A stretch of DNA of 64,000 nucleotides, taken from NCBI GenBank assembly GCA_036229005.1, contig JAZAMN010000032.1:25661-89660 (forward strand). The letters are read 5' to 3'. Below are positions 1-9,427 of this stretch, one piece after another; the stretch's first letter is position 1, and every line of letters starts with the position of its first letter. Source of the DNA: Myxococcota bacterium. GTDB taxonomy: Bacteria; Myxococcota_A; UBA796; CAJQPC01. Under the pieces are notes generated by a model. That model worked only from the letters and a program-made list of their open reading frames with translations, was not told the DNA's origin and ran no database searches. The translations under genes were made by a program, and so were the position numbers.

Positions 1-1413
1 GTCCAGGATGGGGTTGTAGGAGGCCTGGATCCAGATCTCCTCCCCGCTCTTGCCGAAGCGCTTGTAGCGCCCGGAGCTGGGCTCACCGCTGCCGAGCTGC
101 GCCCAGAAGGCCCGGTACTCGGGGCTCTTGGTGTAGCTGGACTCGCAGAACATGCGGTGGTGCTGACCCACCAGCTCCCGCTCGGAGTACCCCACGGCCC
201 CGCAGAAGTTGTCGTTGGCCCGCAGGATGTTGCCCTGCAGGTCGAACTCGATGACCGCCTGCACACGCTCGATGGCGGTGACCTTACCGCTCCAGTCCGC
301 CTCCTGGCGCACCTGCTCGGTGATGTCGGTTGCGAACTTCACCACCTTGTAGGGGGTGCCGTCCTCGCCCAGGATGGGGTTGTAGGAGGCCTGGATCCAG
401 ATCTCCTCGCCGCTCTTGCCAAAGCGCTTGTAGCGCCCGGAGTCCGGCTCGCCCGCGGCCAGGTTGGCCCAGAAGGCCTTGTACTGCGGGCTGGCGGTGT
501 ACTTGGGGTCGCAGAAGATGCGGTGGTGCTGGCCGACGATCTCGCGCTCGCTGTACCCAACGGCGCCACAGAAGTTGTCGTTGGCCCGCAGGATGTTGCC
601 CTGCAGGTCGAACTCGATCACGGCCTGCGTCCGCTCGATGGCGTTGACCTTGCCGCTGCGATCGCTCTCCTGCCGCACCTGCTCGGTGATGTCCGTGGCG
701 AACTTGACCACGCGCACAACCTGCCCCTGGCCGTCAAAGATGGGGTTGTAGGAGGCCTGGATCCAGATCTCCTCACCGCTCTTGGTGAAGCGCTTGAAGC
801 GCTCGGAGTGGAACTGCCCGGAGGCCAGCTCCTGCCAGAACTTCCGATACGCTGGGGAGTTGGCGTACGCGGGCTCGCAGAAGATGCGGTGGTGCTGCCC
901 CTTGATCTCGCGCTCGCTGTAGCCGACCGCGCCACAGAAGTTCTCGTTGGCCCCGCAGATGGTGCCGTCGGGCTTGAAGTGGATGACCGCCTGGGAGCGG
1001 GAGATCGCCTCGACCAGGCCCTTGTTCAGGGCGCCAGCCTTCCAGGACTCGGTCACGTCCATTCCGACAAAGATGACCTCGCCGGTGGACGCCGTCATGA
1101 AGGTGCCCTGGACATAGGCAGGCTCAGCGGTGTGGGTGTCGATGGAGAACACCCCGCTGTCCTCCTCCCCCGAGACCACCCGGCGCCAGAGGGCCTTCTG
1201 GCTCAGATCGGCGACGCTGTCGCTGCGGACCAGCTCGGAGAAGCTCTTGCCCACAATCTGCGAGGGCGCCTGACCGAAGAGCGCTCCGGCGCGCTCGTTC
1301 GCCCCCACGACCTTCCCATCCTGGGAGAAGCTGAGAACAACCTGGGACTTGTGAACCGCCTCCTCGAAAGGAGAGGGGGACTCGGCACTGGCCACACGTG
1401 CGGCATTGGACAT
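1..1413 (-). CDS. Multi-PAS-domain sensor, probably a PAS methyl-accepting chemotaxis protein (BdlA/Aer-like); runs off the window start
   Basis: ATG at 1413 follows an AGGAGG RBS. The translation has repeated PAS/PAC units (AVIEFDLQGNILRANDNFCGAVGY...GQHHRIFC...WIQASYNPI...VVKFATDIT). It is missing from the ORF track because it is truncated. Confidence 0.85.
   Translation of the reverse strand, partial: MSNAARVASAESPSPFEEAVHKSQVVLSFSQDGKVVGANERAGALFGQAPSQIVGKSFSELVRSDSVADLSQKALWRRVVSGEEDSGVFSIDTHTAEPAYVQGTFMTASTGEVIFVGMDVTESWKAGALNKGLVEAISRSQAVIHFKPDGTICGANENFCGAVGYSEREIKGQHHRIFCEPAYANSPAYRKFWQELASGQFHSERFKRFTKSGEEIWIQASYNPIFDGQGQVVRVVKFATDITEQVRQESDRSGKVNAIERTQAVIEFDLQGNILRANDNFCGAVGYSEREIVGQHHRIFCDPKYTASPQYKAFWANLAAGEPDSGRYKRFGKSGEEIWIQASYNPILGEDGTPYKVVKFATDITEQVRQEADWSGKVTAIERVQAVIEFDLQGNILRANDNFCGAVGYSERELVGQHHRMFCESSYTKSPEYRAFWAQLGSGEPSSGRYKRFGKSGEEIWIQASYNPILD
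16..930. repeat. Intragenic 366-bp (122-aa) tandem PAS-domain repeats
   Basis: GTAGGAGGCCTGGATCCAGATCTCCTC recurs at 16, 382 and 748. Confidence 0.85.
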
Positions 1414-1458
1414 GGAAACCTCCTACAGCTTCCACATCGAACCGAACGCGATTTTCGT

Positions 1459-2862
1459 TTAGGGGTGATCGCCCGCAGCCGGGGTCTCCGGGAAGGCGAC
1501 ATCGATCTCAAGCGGCCGCTGCTGCGTCCGACTCAGCTCGACGCTCTCCAGCGCAGGCGCCCACAGCAAGACCCCCTTGGCGTCGGCGTCCTGGCCGTAG
1601 GGCTGCCCCAGCATCGGATCCACCGCGCAGCTCCCTCCGGGCTCTCCAGCGCGGGCGCGGGCGGCGGTGGCCAGCAGGCAGACCCGGCTGTTGATCAGTC
1701 CAAGCTCCAGGTTCCACCGCTGCATCAGCTCCAGTCGGGAGATGAGGCCGTTGGCGACCATGCCTTGGAGCTCAGCGCGGGTGCCTTCACCGCTCACACT
1801 CAGCTCCGCCAGCGCCTCTGACAGCATCGTCTCATTGGCGAGGTACTGCGATCCCAGACCCCGCTCCAGCGTGTACCAGGTGGGGAAGTGCTGGTCCTCC
1901 AGGTACCCGGACACCACCGGCCCCGCGACCTTGGGGAGCTCCCAGGCCTCGGGGTTCCAGGCGGGCCCATCCGGCGCGTACAGCAGCGGCGCCTGCTCCA
2001 GCGCCTTGGCCTTGGGTCGCGTGGCCGACCAGATCATGGCCGTGGTCTCCAGGAAGTCGACCTGCACCACCGCCCCCAGATCCACCGGCTGCGCGGCGAC
2101 CGCCTCCAGCTCCTGGGCGATCCGCAGCGCCAGGGCGGGGTCCAGGGTGGGGTCGCTCACCACGCGATGCAGCAGCTCCAGCGCCTGCTCCTGAGTGGAC
2201 AGTGACACCCGCAGGTCCCGCCCGTCCACGCCCTGCCCCAGATCCCGCCCGTAGCGCAGCACCACCAGCGCCCGCTCCGCCAGCACCTTGGGATCCTGGC
2301 GCCCCCCGCTCAGCCAAGCGTCCGCGAGCGCCACCTGGCCCAGGACCAGGAAGTCCACCGACGGCCGCCCGATGTCCCCCTGCACCCGCCAGGCCTCGTA
2401 GGGGGCCAGGGGGCTGAGCAGCTCCTGGCGCGTGCTCCCCTCGATCAGGTGGGGGATGGCTGCCTGGCAGCGCTGGATCAGCGCGCAGCCCTGGTCCTGC
2501 ATCACCGCCATCAGAGGGTCGTCCGGGGTCCCGCCGATCGCCTCGCAGCTTGGCGGCAGCGGCGTCCGGCGCCCCCGCTTGCTCTGCCCCGACCGCAGCG
2601 AGCGCAGCGCCGACGAGAGCTGCCGAGCCCCCCGGTCCCGCTCCTTGCCCAAGCCCAGGCCCTGAACCGGCAGGCAGGCGTCCCAGGCGGACTGGTACGA
2701 ATGCGCCGAACGGCCCTCCGTGTGTCCGCTTCCCGTCCGCTGAACAGACAGGCTCTGGGCGGCTGCGGCCTGCTCGATGTAGAAGCGCTCCTGCTTTCGC
2801 TTGCTCCCAAAACCGGTGTCCGCCGCCAGGAACCAGAGGAACGAGATTGTGAGGGGGGTCAT
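1459..2862 (-). CDS. Hypothetical, probably exported protein
   Basis: Long ORF with a hydrophobic N-terminus (MTPLTISFLWFLAA); no recognised motif. Confidence 0.6.
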   Translation of the reverse strand: MTPLTISFLWFLAADTGFGSKRKQERFYIEQAAAAQSLSVQRTGSGHTEGRSAHSYQSAWDACLPVQGLGLGKERDRGARQLSSALRSLRSGQSKRGRRTPLPPSCEAIGGTPDDPLMAVMQDQGCALIQRCQAAIPHLIEGSTRQELLSPLAPYEAWRVQGDIGRPSVDFLVLGQVALADAWLSGGRQDPKVLAERALVVLRYGRDLGQGVDGRDLRVSLSTQEQALELLHRVVSDPTLDPALALRIAQELEAVAAQPVDLGAVVQVDFLETTAMIWSATRPKAKALEQAPLLYAPDGPAWNPEAWELPKVAGPVVSGYLEDQHFPTWYTLERGLGSQYLANETMLSEALAELSVSGEGTRAELQGMVANGLISRLELMQRWNLELGLINSRVCLLATAARARAGEPGGSCAVDPMLGQPYGQDADAKGVLLWAPALESVELSRTQQRPLEIDVAFPETPAAGDHP

Positions 2863-2983
2863 TGGGGGCCTCCAACGCATCCTCCCATACCCCGCGGCGG
2901 CGGGCTTCATTCAACGCGCAGAGCGGCCCGGGGCCTCAATCGAGCCGCGATCGCCGCCGATTGGGGTGGGTGGGAGTGTGCGG

Positions 2984-4654
2984 ATGTTGGAATCGAGCGA
3001 GCGCTTCACGCGGCGCTTTCGCCTGTCCTTGTTGGGGCTGGCGATCATGACGGCCGGCTGCTTTGTGGCCCAGACCCACGCCATCTCACCGACCTCCGGT
3101 GACGCGGCGGCGGTGAACGTGGCCGGTCGCCAGCGCATGCTGAGCCAGCGGGTCGCCCTGCAGACCGCGGTGCTGGCCGACACCAGCCTGTCCCAACAGG
3201 AGCGCCGCCGGGCCGAGGGCAAGCTCGAAGCCGACCTCACCGAGATGGCCCACGCCCTGGAGGGCCTGACCCAAGGCGACCCGGACATGGGCCTGGATGG
3301 CGAGCTGAGCCCCGCGCTGCGTACGCACTACTTTGGAGAGCCCGGCCACCTGAGCGGCCGCACCCAGGACTTCCTGGACAGGGCCCGAACGGTCCTGGAC
3401 CGCTCCCGCGCCACCCAGACCGTCACGAACAGCGACCGCGTGCACGTGGTGGTCGGCGCCGAGCAGCTACTCCCCCCACTGGACGAGGCCGTCACCCTCT
3501 TCGAAGGCCAGGCCTCCAACAACGTCGAGTCCGCCGTGCGGACCACGGCGGTCCTGACCCTCAGCATGATGGTGGCCCTGTTCGCCCTGTGGCTGTGGAT
3601 CTTCCGCCCGCTCGGACAGGCGCTCCGCGAGGAGGAGGCCCGGCGCGCCGCCGTCTCCGACCGGAAGGCCGCAGAGGAGCGCCAGCAGGGCTTCGCGCGC
3701 GAGGTCAGCAGCGCCCTGGAGGTCGTCGACAGCGAAGAGGAGCTGCTCTCCCTGCTGGAGCGGGCCATGGCCGACAGCGAGCCCCACCCCACCGAGCTGC
3801 TGCTGGCCGACTCCAGCCAGGCCCACATGCACCGCGTCGCCGTCCACCCCGAGGCCGGCGCGCCCGGCTGCGGCGTCGGCACCCCCCACGCCTGCCCCGC
3901 CGTCCGCCGCGGCCGCCCCCTGAGCTTCGAGAGCAGCCAGCGCCTGGACGCCTGCCCGCGCCTGAACGCCCGCGGCCCCTGCTCCGCGTTCTGCGCGCCG
4001 GTCACCTTCATGGGGCGCGCCCTGGGCGTGCTCCACGCCACCGGCCCCGAGGGCCAGCCCCCCAGCCCCGCGTTCGCCCAGCGCACCGAGTTCCTGGCCG
4101 GCGCCATGGGGGCCCGCCTGGGCAGCATCCGCAGCCTGGAGCGCATCCAGCTTCAGGCCGCCACCGACCCCCTCACGGGCCTGCTCAACCGCCGGGCCCT
4201 GGAGACCGAGGTCCGCAAGGTGCAGCGCCGCTCCGGCGTCTACGCCGTCGCCATCGCCGACCTGGACCACTTCAAGCGCCTCAACGACACCCTGGGCCAC
4301 GACGCGGGCGACCGCGCCCTGACCACCTACGCCAAGTGCGTGCAGGAGGTCGTCGGCGACCAGGGCTTCGTCTCCCGCTTCGGCGGCGAGGAGTTCGTGC
4401 TCGTCTTCCCCGACCACCACATGGAGGCCGCCGCCCGGATCCTGGAGCAGGCCCGCGAGCGCCTGGCCACCATCACCGCGGGCGGGGACACGCCCTGCTT
4501 CACGGCGAGCTACGGCGTCGCCGACTCCCGCCACGCCGACGACCTGGCGGGCATCATCTCCGTCGCGGACGCCGCCCTGCTGCGCGCGAAGGAGGCCGGT
4601 CGCGATCGCGTTCTCCTCGCCGATGCCCAGAGCGTGGAGCTGCACGCGGCCTGA
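2984..4654 (+). CDS. Diguanylate cyclase (PilJ/NarX-like sensor, GAF-like, GGDEF)
   Basis: P-box-like VNVAGRQRMLSQR, two TM segments, TDPLTGLLNRR, DLDHFKRLND, RFGGEEF. Confidence 0.9.
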   Translation: MLESSERFTRRFRLSLLGLAIMTAGCFVAQTHAISPTSGDAAAVNVAGRQRMLSQRVALQTAVLADTSLSQQERRRAEGKLEADLTEMAHALEGLTQGDPDMGLDGELSPALRTHYFGEPGHLSGRTQDFLDRARTVLDRSRATQTVTNSDRVHVVVGAEQLLPPLDEAVTLFEGQASNNVESAVRTTAVLTLSMMVALFALWLWIFRPLGQALREEEARRAAVSDRKAAEERQQGFAREVSSALEVVDSEEELLSLLERAMADSEPHPTELLLADSSQAHMHRVAVHPEAGAPGCGVGTPHACPAVRRGRPLSFESSQRLDACPRLNARGPCSAFCAPVTFMGRALGVLHATGPEGQPPSPAFAQRTEFLAGAMGARLGSIRSLERIQLQAATDPLTGLLNRRALETEVRKVQRRSGVYAVAIADLDHFKRLNDTLGHDAGDRALTTYAKCVQEVVGDQGFVSRFGGEEFVLVFPDHHMEAAARILEQARERLATITAGGDTPCFTASYGVADSRHADDLAGIISVADAALLRAKEAGRDRVLLADAQSVELHAA

Positions 4655-4683
4655 GATCCCCGGGCGGTGTACCCTCCTGCCGG

Positions 4684-5664
4684 ATGCGCCTCACCGCCTT
4701 CGATCCCCCCTCCCTGCGCGCGCTGGAGCACGCCCTCCACGCCGGGCGGACCTGCACCCTGGCCACCGATCGACTCCCCCGAAGCTGGCGCAGCTCCCAG
4801 ATCCTGCCCTGCTTCGATGGGGTCGATGTCCCCTCGCACACGATGCAGCGCACCTTGCGCGCGCAGCTCCCACCGACGGGCCAACAGGGCAAGAAGGGGC
4901 CGCGGGTGACCGCCGTGATCCCCACCCACCGCCAGACCCCAGTGGGGCTCCAGGCGCTGCGGGACCAGGACCTCCCGGTCGAGGTGCTCGTGCTCGCGAA
5001 CGGCCCGGTGGCCCCCCAAGGCGACCGCGTGCTCCGCGTGCCCTGGCTGGGCCACGGCCCCACCCGCCAGGCGGCCCTGGAGCACATCGACAGCGAGTAC
5101 CTGCTGTTCACGGTGGACGACGCGCTCCCTCGGGGGCGGGGCTGCGTACGCGCGTTGATCCAGGCCCTCGAAGACGGCGGCTACGACGCGGTGACCGGCC
5201 GGCAGGTGCCCTGGCCCACGGCGGATCCCCTGACCCGACGGCGGCTGGCCCAGTGGACGCCCTTTGGGACGCAGCACAGCCCGCGGCCCTGGAGCGATCA
5301 CGTGTTCACCCTGCTGCGCACCGAGACCCTGCGCGCGCACCCGCTGCCCTCTGTCCCCATCGGCGAGGACATGCTCTGGTCGCGCGGCAAGCGCATCGGC
5401 TACGCGCCCCAGGCGCCGGTGATCCACTCCCACGTCCGGGATCCCAAGGCGCTCTACCAGCGCACCCGGGACCTGCACCTGCAGCACCAGCTCGCGGGGG
5501 ATGCAGCGACCGTGCCCAGCCTGTCCGCGCTGGTCGCTGCGCTGCCCGGGACCCTGCGTCCGACCCTGGAGGGGGGCCCTGGAGAGTTCATGTGTCAGCT
5601 CGCGGAGCTGGCCGGACAGCTCCGGGCGAGCCAGCTCAGCGGGAGGCGGCAGCGTGAGGACTGA
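4684..5664 (+). CDS. Glycosyltransferase family 2 (rhamnosyltransferase-like)
   Basis: VTAVIPT, GHGPTRQ, LLFTVDDA, GEDMLW, VIHSH motifs. Confidence 0.75.
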   Translation: MRLTAFDPPSLRALEHALHAGRTCTLATDRLPRSWRSSQILPCFDGVDVPSHTMQRTLRAQLPPTGQQGKKGPRVTAVIPTHRQTPVGLQALRDQDLPVEVLVLANGPVAPQGDRVLRVPWLGHGPTRQAALEHIDSEYLLFTVDDALPRGRGCVRALIQALEDGGYDAVTGRQVPWPTADPLTRRRLAQWTPFGTQHSPRPWSDHVFTLLRTETLRAHPLPSVPIGEDMLWSRGKRIGYAPQAPVIHSHVRDPKALYQRTRDLHLQHQLAGDAATVPSLSALVAALPGTLRPTLEGGPGEFMCQLAELAGQLRASQLSGRRQRED

Positions 5665-6430
5665 GGCCTTCTACCTGCCGGTGGGTGCGGGCTTCTCGCC
5701 CACGCCCTCGACCACGGGCCCCTGGTCCCCGGAGCACCAGCACGGCGGCCCCCCCTGCGCGCTGCTGACCGGCGCCCTGCAACGGGCGGTGCCCCCCGCG
5801 TTCCGCCTGGCCCGCGTCACCGCGAACTTCCTGCGGGCGGTCCCCCTGGCCGAGCTGCGGGTGGAGACCCACTGCATCAAGGCCGGGCGCAGCACCCAGC
5901 GCTGGCGGGCGGTCCTGCACGCCGACCGGCCCGTCCTGGAGATGGAGGGCCTCTTTGTGCGGGCCAGCGATGGGATGGCCGACCTGGACAGCACGGCTGG
6001 ACCGGAGTGGGCCGCGCCGGAGTCGGTGGCGCCCTTCACTTTCCCCTTCTTCCAGACGGAGCACGGCTACCACCGGGCGGTGGACCTGCGCTTCTGGGAG
6101 CAGCCCTGGGGCCCGCCCCGGGTGCGGGTCTGGGCCCGCCCGCTGCAACCCTTGGTCGCCGGCTGGGAAGACAGCCCCGAGCAGCGCGTGGTCCTGCTCA
6201 CCGACGCCCAATCGGGCATGGCCCCGCCCCTGGACCCCCTGCGCTTCAACTACGCCAACCCCGACCTGAGCCTGGCCTTCACCCGGCGTCCCCAGGGCGA
6301 GTGGGTGGGGCTGGACATCCAGGCCCAGGTGGGCCCCGAGGGCATCGGGCTGGCCCACAGCCGCCTGCGGGATCTGCGGGGTGCGGTGGGGGTCGCGGAG
6401 CAGAGCTTGATCGTGCGGGCGCGCAAGTAG
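5654..6430 (+). CDS. Acyl-CoA thioesterase family protein (double hotdog)
   Basis: GPWSPEHQHGGPP, LARVTANFLRAVP, NPDLSL...GEWVGL, G.A.QSL. Confidence 0.85.
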   Translation: MRTEAFYLPVGAGFSPTPSTTGPWSPEHQHGGPPCALLTGALQRAVPPAFRLARVTANFLRAVPLAELRVETHCIKAGRSTQRWRAVLHADRPVLEMEGLFVRASDGMADLDSTAGPEWAAPESVAPFTFPFFQTEHGYHRAVDLRFWEQPWGPPRVRVWARPLQPLVAGWEDSPEQRVVLLTDAQSGMAPPLDPLRFNYANPDLSLAFTRRPQGEWVGLDIQAQVGPEGIGLAHSRLRDLRGAVGVAEQSLIVRARK

Positions 6431-6688
6431 GGGCGAACGCATCGGGCGGCGCGCAAGTCCGGGCGAACGCAACGGGGCGGCGCGCAAGTCCGGGCGAACG
6501 CAACAAACGCCTCCCTCTCCGGCCCCATCGAGCCCGGCGATGTTGCGTTCAGAGCCGCTTGCGCAGGCCGTCGTTGCGTTCACAGCCACTTACGCAGTGC
6601 GGTGTTGCGTTCACAGCCACTTACGCAGTGCGGTGTTGCGTTCACAGCCCCTTGCGCAGCGCTGTGTTGCGTTCAGGGCCGCTTGCGC
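6418..6688. repeat. Element copy 1: head-to-head arrays of ~31-bp units (3 left + 5 right) around a short spacer
   Basis: Left-arm GAACGC at 6435/6465/6496. Right-arm GTTGCGTTCA-N6-CTTRCGC at 6542/6573/6604/6635/6666. Confidence 0.9.
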
Positions 6689-7496
6689 CGACTCGCCAGC
6701 GCACACTCCGGCTCCAGGGCCCCGGCCCCGAGGGAATTCCCGGAAAGCGCGGGTCTCCAGCCAGCCTGGCGACCAGCCGCAGAGCCTCGGGCGGGGCGCT
6801 CGACGTCCGCGACACGCTCCCCCGGTGTACGCCCACAAAGTCCGCGACCTGTACCGGGCTGACCTCTGCCAGCGCCAGCGCGGACTGGATGAACAGGGTG
6901 CGCGACGGCCCGCGCTGGGTCTGCTCCACCATGGGTGCGCGCAGCGCCTCGGACACCGCGGCCTGGATCTCCAGCAGGGTCGGCACCCCCTGGGACACCG
7001 GGAGCAGGGTGCCCTGCTGGTCCACGTGGGCGTCGGCGCTGGTGTAGCGGTGCAGGGCTTCGGGCTCTCCCACTCGGCGACGCACCGGACGCAGAGTCAG
7101 CCCCACCGCGTCCCGGTAGGTGGACCAGGGCCAGCACAGCGGGTCCTGGACCATGCCGGCGCGGCAGGGGTTCAGGTGGATGTAGCGCCCTTCCCGCCGC
7201 CGCTTCTGGGCATCCGCTGCCCAGCGGGGAGCGGGCACGGGCTCCAGCACCCGGCCACGCAGCCCCCGCCGGTGGTTCAGGCTGCGGGTGTGGCCGCTCA
7301 GCGCGCGCGCCAGCGGCAGCCGCAGGTCGCGCTCGTGCTGGACGTGGACGTGGTTGGGCATCAGGCAGATGGCCTCCGCTCCGGGGAGCGCGCGGGTGAG
7401 TCGAGCCCAGAGAGCAGCGGCCTCCTCCCAAGTCTCGAAGAGCAGGCCTTGGCGGGTTCTTGCGACGTGGTGGTACATGCTGGGGAGCGTCTGCAC
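6642..7496 (-). mobile_element. REP-associated tyrosine transposase (RAYT, Y1 HUH) with C-terminal HTH; start uncertain (7496 GTG or 7478 ATG)
   Basis: YHHVAR, CLMPNHVH (HUH), RYIHLNPCRAGMV.DP..WPWSTY (catalytic Tyr region), C-terminal VQVADFVGVHRGSVSR helix-turn-helix. Confidence 0.85.
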
Positions 7497-7545
7497 AGCC
7501 CGTGCCGCCTCCAGAATCCGCGTGTGGTCGGCCTCCGCACCCAAA

Positions 7546-7567
7546 GGGTGTCGACAATCCGACACCC
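7546..7567. repeat. Perfect 8-bp-stem hairpin upstream of the RAYT (REP-like)
   Basis: GGGTGTCG-acaatc-CGACACCC. Confidence 0.55.
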
Positions 7568-7587
7568 CCCGTCGGCCCTTCGACACC

Positions 7588-8469
7588 TCAGCCGACGCCC
7601 GCCAGTCCCTGGGCCAGGTGCTCCACCAGCGCCTGCACCCGCGGCGAGCTGCCCCGCCCCGGCGGCAGGATCACGCGCACCGGCGCCGGCGCCCACTGCG
7701 CCTCGGGCAGCAGCGCACACAAGCGCCCCGTCGCCAGCTCCGGGGCCACCAGCCAGCGCGCCAACAGCGCCAGCCCAAAGCCCTGCCGAGCGAAGGCCAG
7801 CAGCGCCGCGCTGTTGTCCGCCTGAACCGGGCCGCTCACCCGCTGATCCCGCCAGCGCCCCTCCCAGCCAAGCCGCCAACTCCCCGGCCCCACGTGGGGG
7901 TGCAGCAGGCAGGCGTGGTCGGCGAGCTGCTCGGGCGAGCTCGGCCGCCCCCGCGCCGCCAGGTACTCCGGCGAGGCCACCAGCACCCGCTCGCTGTGTG
8001 CCAGCGTGCGCCCCCGGAAGCTGGAGTCCCGCGGCGCCCCCACGCGCACGGCCAGGTCCACGCCCTCCCGGATCAGGTCCACGTAGTGGTCCGAGTAGAG
8101 CAGTCGCAGCCGCACCCCCGGGTGGGCCCGCAGGAAGGCCGGCAGCAGCGGCTGGACGTGCAGGCCCCCAAAGACCACCGGCAGGCTCAGGGAGATCTCC
8201 CCCTCCAGCGCGCCCCCCCGCGCCGCCTCCTGCGCGCGCTCCCAGGCCGACAACACACCCCGGGCCTGCTCCAGGAAGGCCTCGCCCTCCGGGGTCAGGC
8301 GCTGGCTGCGGGTGCTGCGGTCCAGCAGGCGCGCGCCCAGCTCGTCCTCCAGCGCGGCCACCCATTTGCTGACGGTGGATTGGCCCACGCCCAGCTCCCG
8401 GGCGGCGGCGGAGAAGGAGCCCAACTCCACGCTGCGGGAGAGGGCTCGGAGGGCGTCGATGCGGTCCAT
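7588..8469 (-). CDS. LysR-family transcriptional regulator (CrgA-like)
   Basis: GSFSAAARELGVGQSTVSKWVAALEDELGARLLDRSTR; DLIREGVDLAVR. Confidence 0.95.
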   Translation of the reverse strand: MDRIDALRALSRSVELGSFSAAARELGVGQSTVSKWVAALEDELGARLLDRSTRSQRLTPEGEAFLEQARGVLSAWERAQEAARGGALEGEISLSLPVVFGGLHVQPLLPAFLRAHPGVRLRLLYSDHYVDLIREGVDLAVRVGAPRDSSFRGRTLAHSERVLVASPEYLAARGRPSSPEQLADHACLLHPHVGPGSWRLGWEGRWRDQRVSGPVQADNSAALLAFARQGFGLALLARWLVAPELATGRLCALLPEAQWAPAPVRVILPPGRGSSPRVQALVEHLAQGLAGVG

Positions 8470-8560
8470 TCAGTCCATTTTGGCACGAATACAAGTCCAA
8501 GAAGCCCATTTCCCAGTCCAATCCAGCGAGACACCTTGGGTGGGAACAAGGAGCTTCGAC

Positions 8561-9427
8561 ATGGAGACTGGACTGAGACTGGGTGTGATGGGACTGGGCG
8601 CGATGGGCAGCCGCATGGCCCGCCGCTGGCTTGGGGCTGGGGCAGCGCTGCGCGTCCACAACCGGAGCCCGCAGCGGGCCGACGCCCTCCTCACCGCCGG
8701 GGCCCAGTGGTGCGCGAGCCCCGCAGAGCTGGCCACCACCAGCGAGGTCATCGTGGAGATCTCCCGCGACGACGCCTCCGCCCGCGCCCTCTGGGAGGCG
8801 GCCCTGCCGGGCATCCAGCCCGGCACCTTGGCGATCAGCGCCAGCACCCTCACCCCCCAGACGTGGCGGGAGCTCGCCGCTTCGCTGCGCGCCCGCGGCG
8901 CGGTCCCCCTGGACGCGCCGGTCGTGGGCTCCCGCCCGCAGGCCGAGGCCGGCGCGCTGGTGCACCTGGTGGGCGGGGACGCCGCGGCGGCGGAGCGTGC
9001 CGCGCCCCTGCTCGCGGTGAGCGGAAAGCTGCAGCACCACGCCGGCGGCGTGGGCGACGGGATGGCCCTCAAGCTGGCCGTCAACGCCTTCTTTGGCGTC
9101 CAGGTGGCCGCCCTCGCCGAGCTGCTGATGGGCCTGGAGCGGGCGGGGCTGGACAGCCAGTCCTCGCTGGCGCTGCTGGGTGCGCTGCCGGTGACCGCAC
9201 CAGCGATGAAGGGGTTGGGCCAGCTCATGTTGGAGGCCAAGGCCCCGCCCCTCTTCCCAATCGAGTTGGTGGCCAAGGACCTGGCCTACGCGGCCGAGCA
9301 CCTGGGCCCCGCCCCCATGAGCGCCCGCGCGGCGGAGGTCTACGCGGCGGCCTGTGAAGAGGGCCTGGGCGGGCTGAACATCCAGGGCGTGGTCGAGCGC
9401 TACCGGGGAGCCCACAAGTCCTGCTGA
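8561..9427 (+). CDS. NAD(P)-dependent oxidoreductase, 3-hydroxyisobutyrate dehydrogenase family
   Basis: GLGAMGSRMA, LDAPVVGSRPQAEAG, G.G.ALKLAVN, KDL.YA. Confidence 0.9.
   Translation: METGLRLGVMGLGAMGSRMARRWLGAGAALRVHNRSPQRADALLTAGAQWCASPAELATTSEVIVEISRDDASARALWEAALPGIQPGTLAISASTLTPQTWRELAASLRARGAVPLDAPVVGSRPQAEAGALVHLVGGDAAAAERAAPLLAVSGKLQHHAGGVGDGMALKLAVNAFFGVQVAALAELLMGLERAGLDSQSSLALLGALPVTAPAMKGLGQLMLEAKAPPLFPIELVAKDLAYAAEHLGPAPMSARAAEVYAAACEEGLGGLNIQGVVERYRGAHKSC

Noticed and set aside
157..1821. 554-aa plus-strand ORF
   Set aside because: It is the antisense shadow of the minus-strand PAS protein, which carries the recognisable motifs and an RBS.
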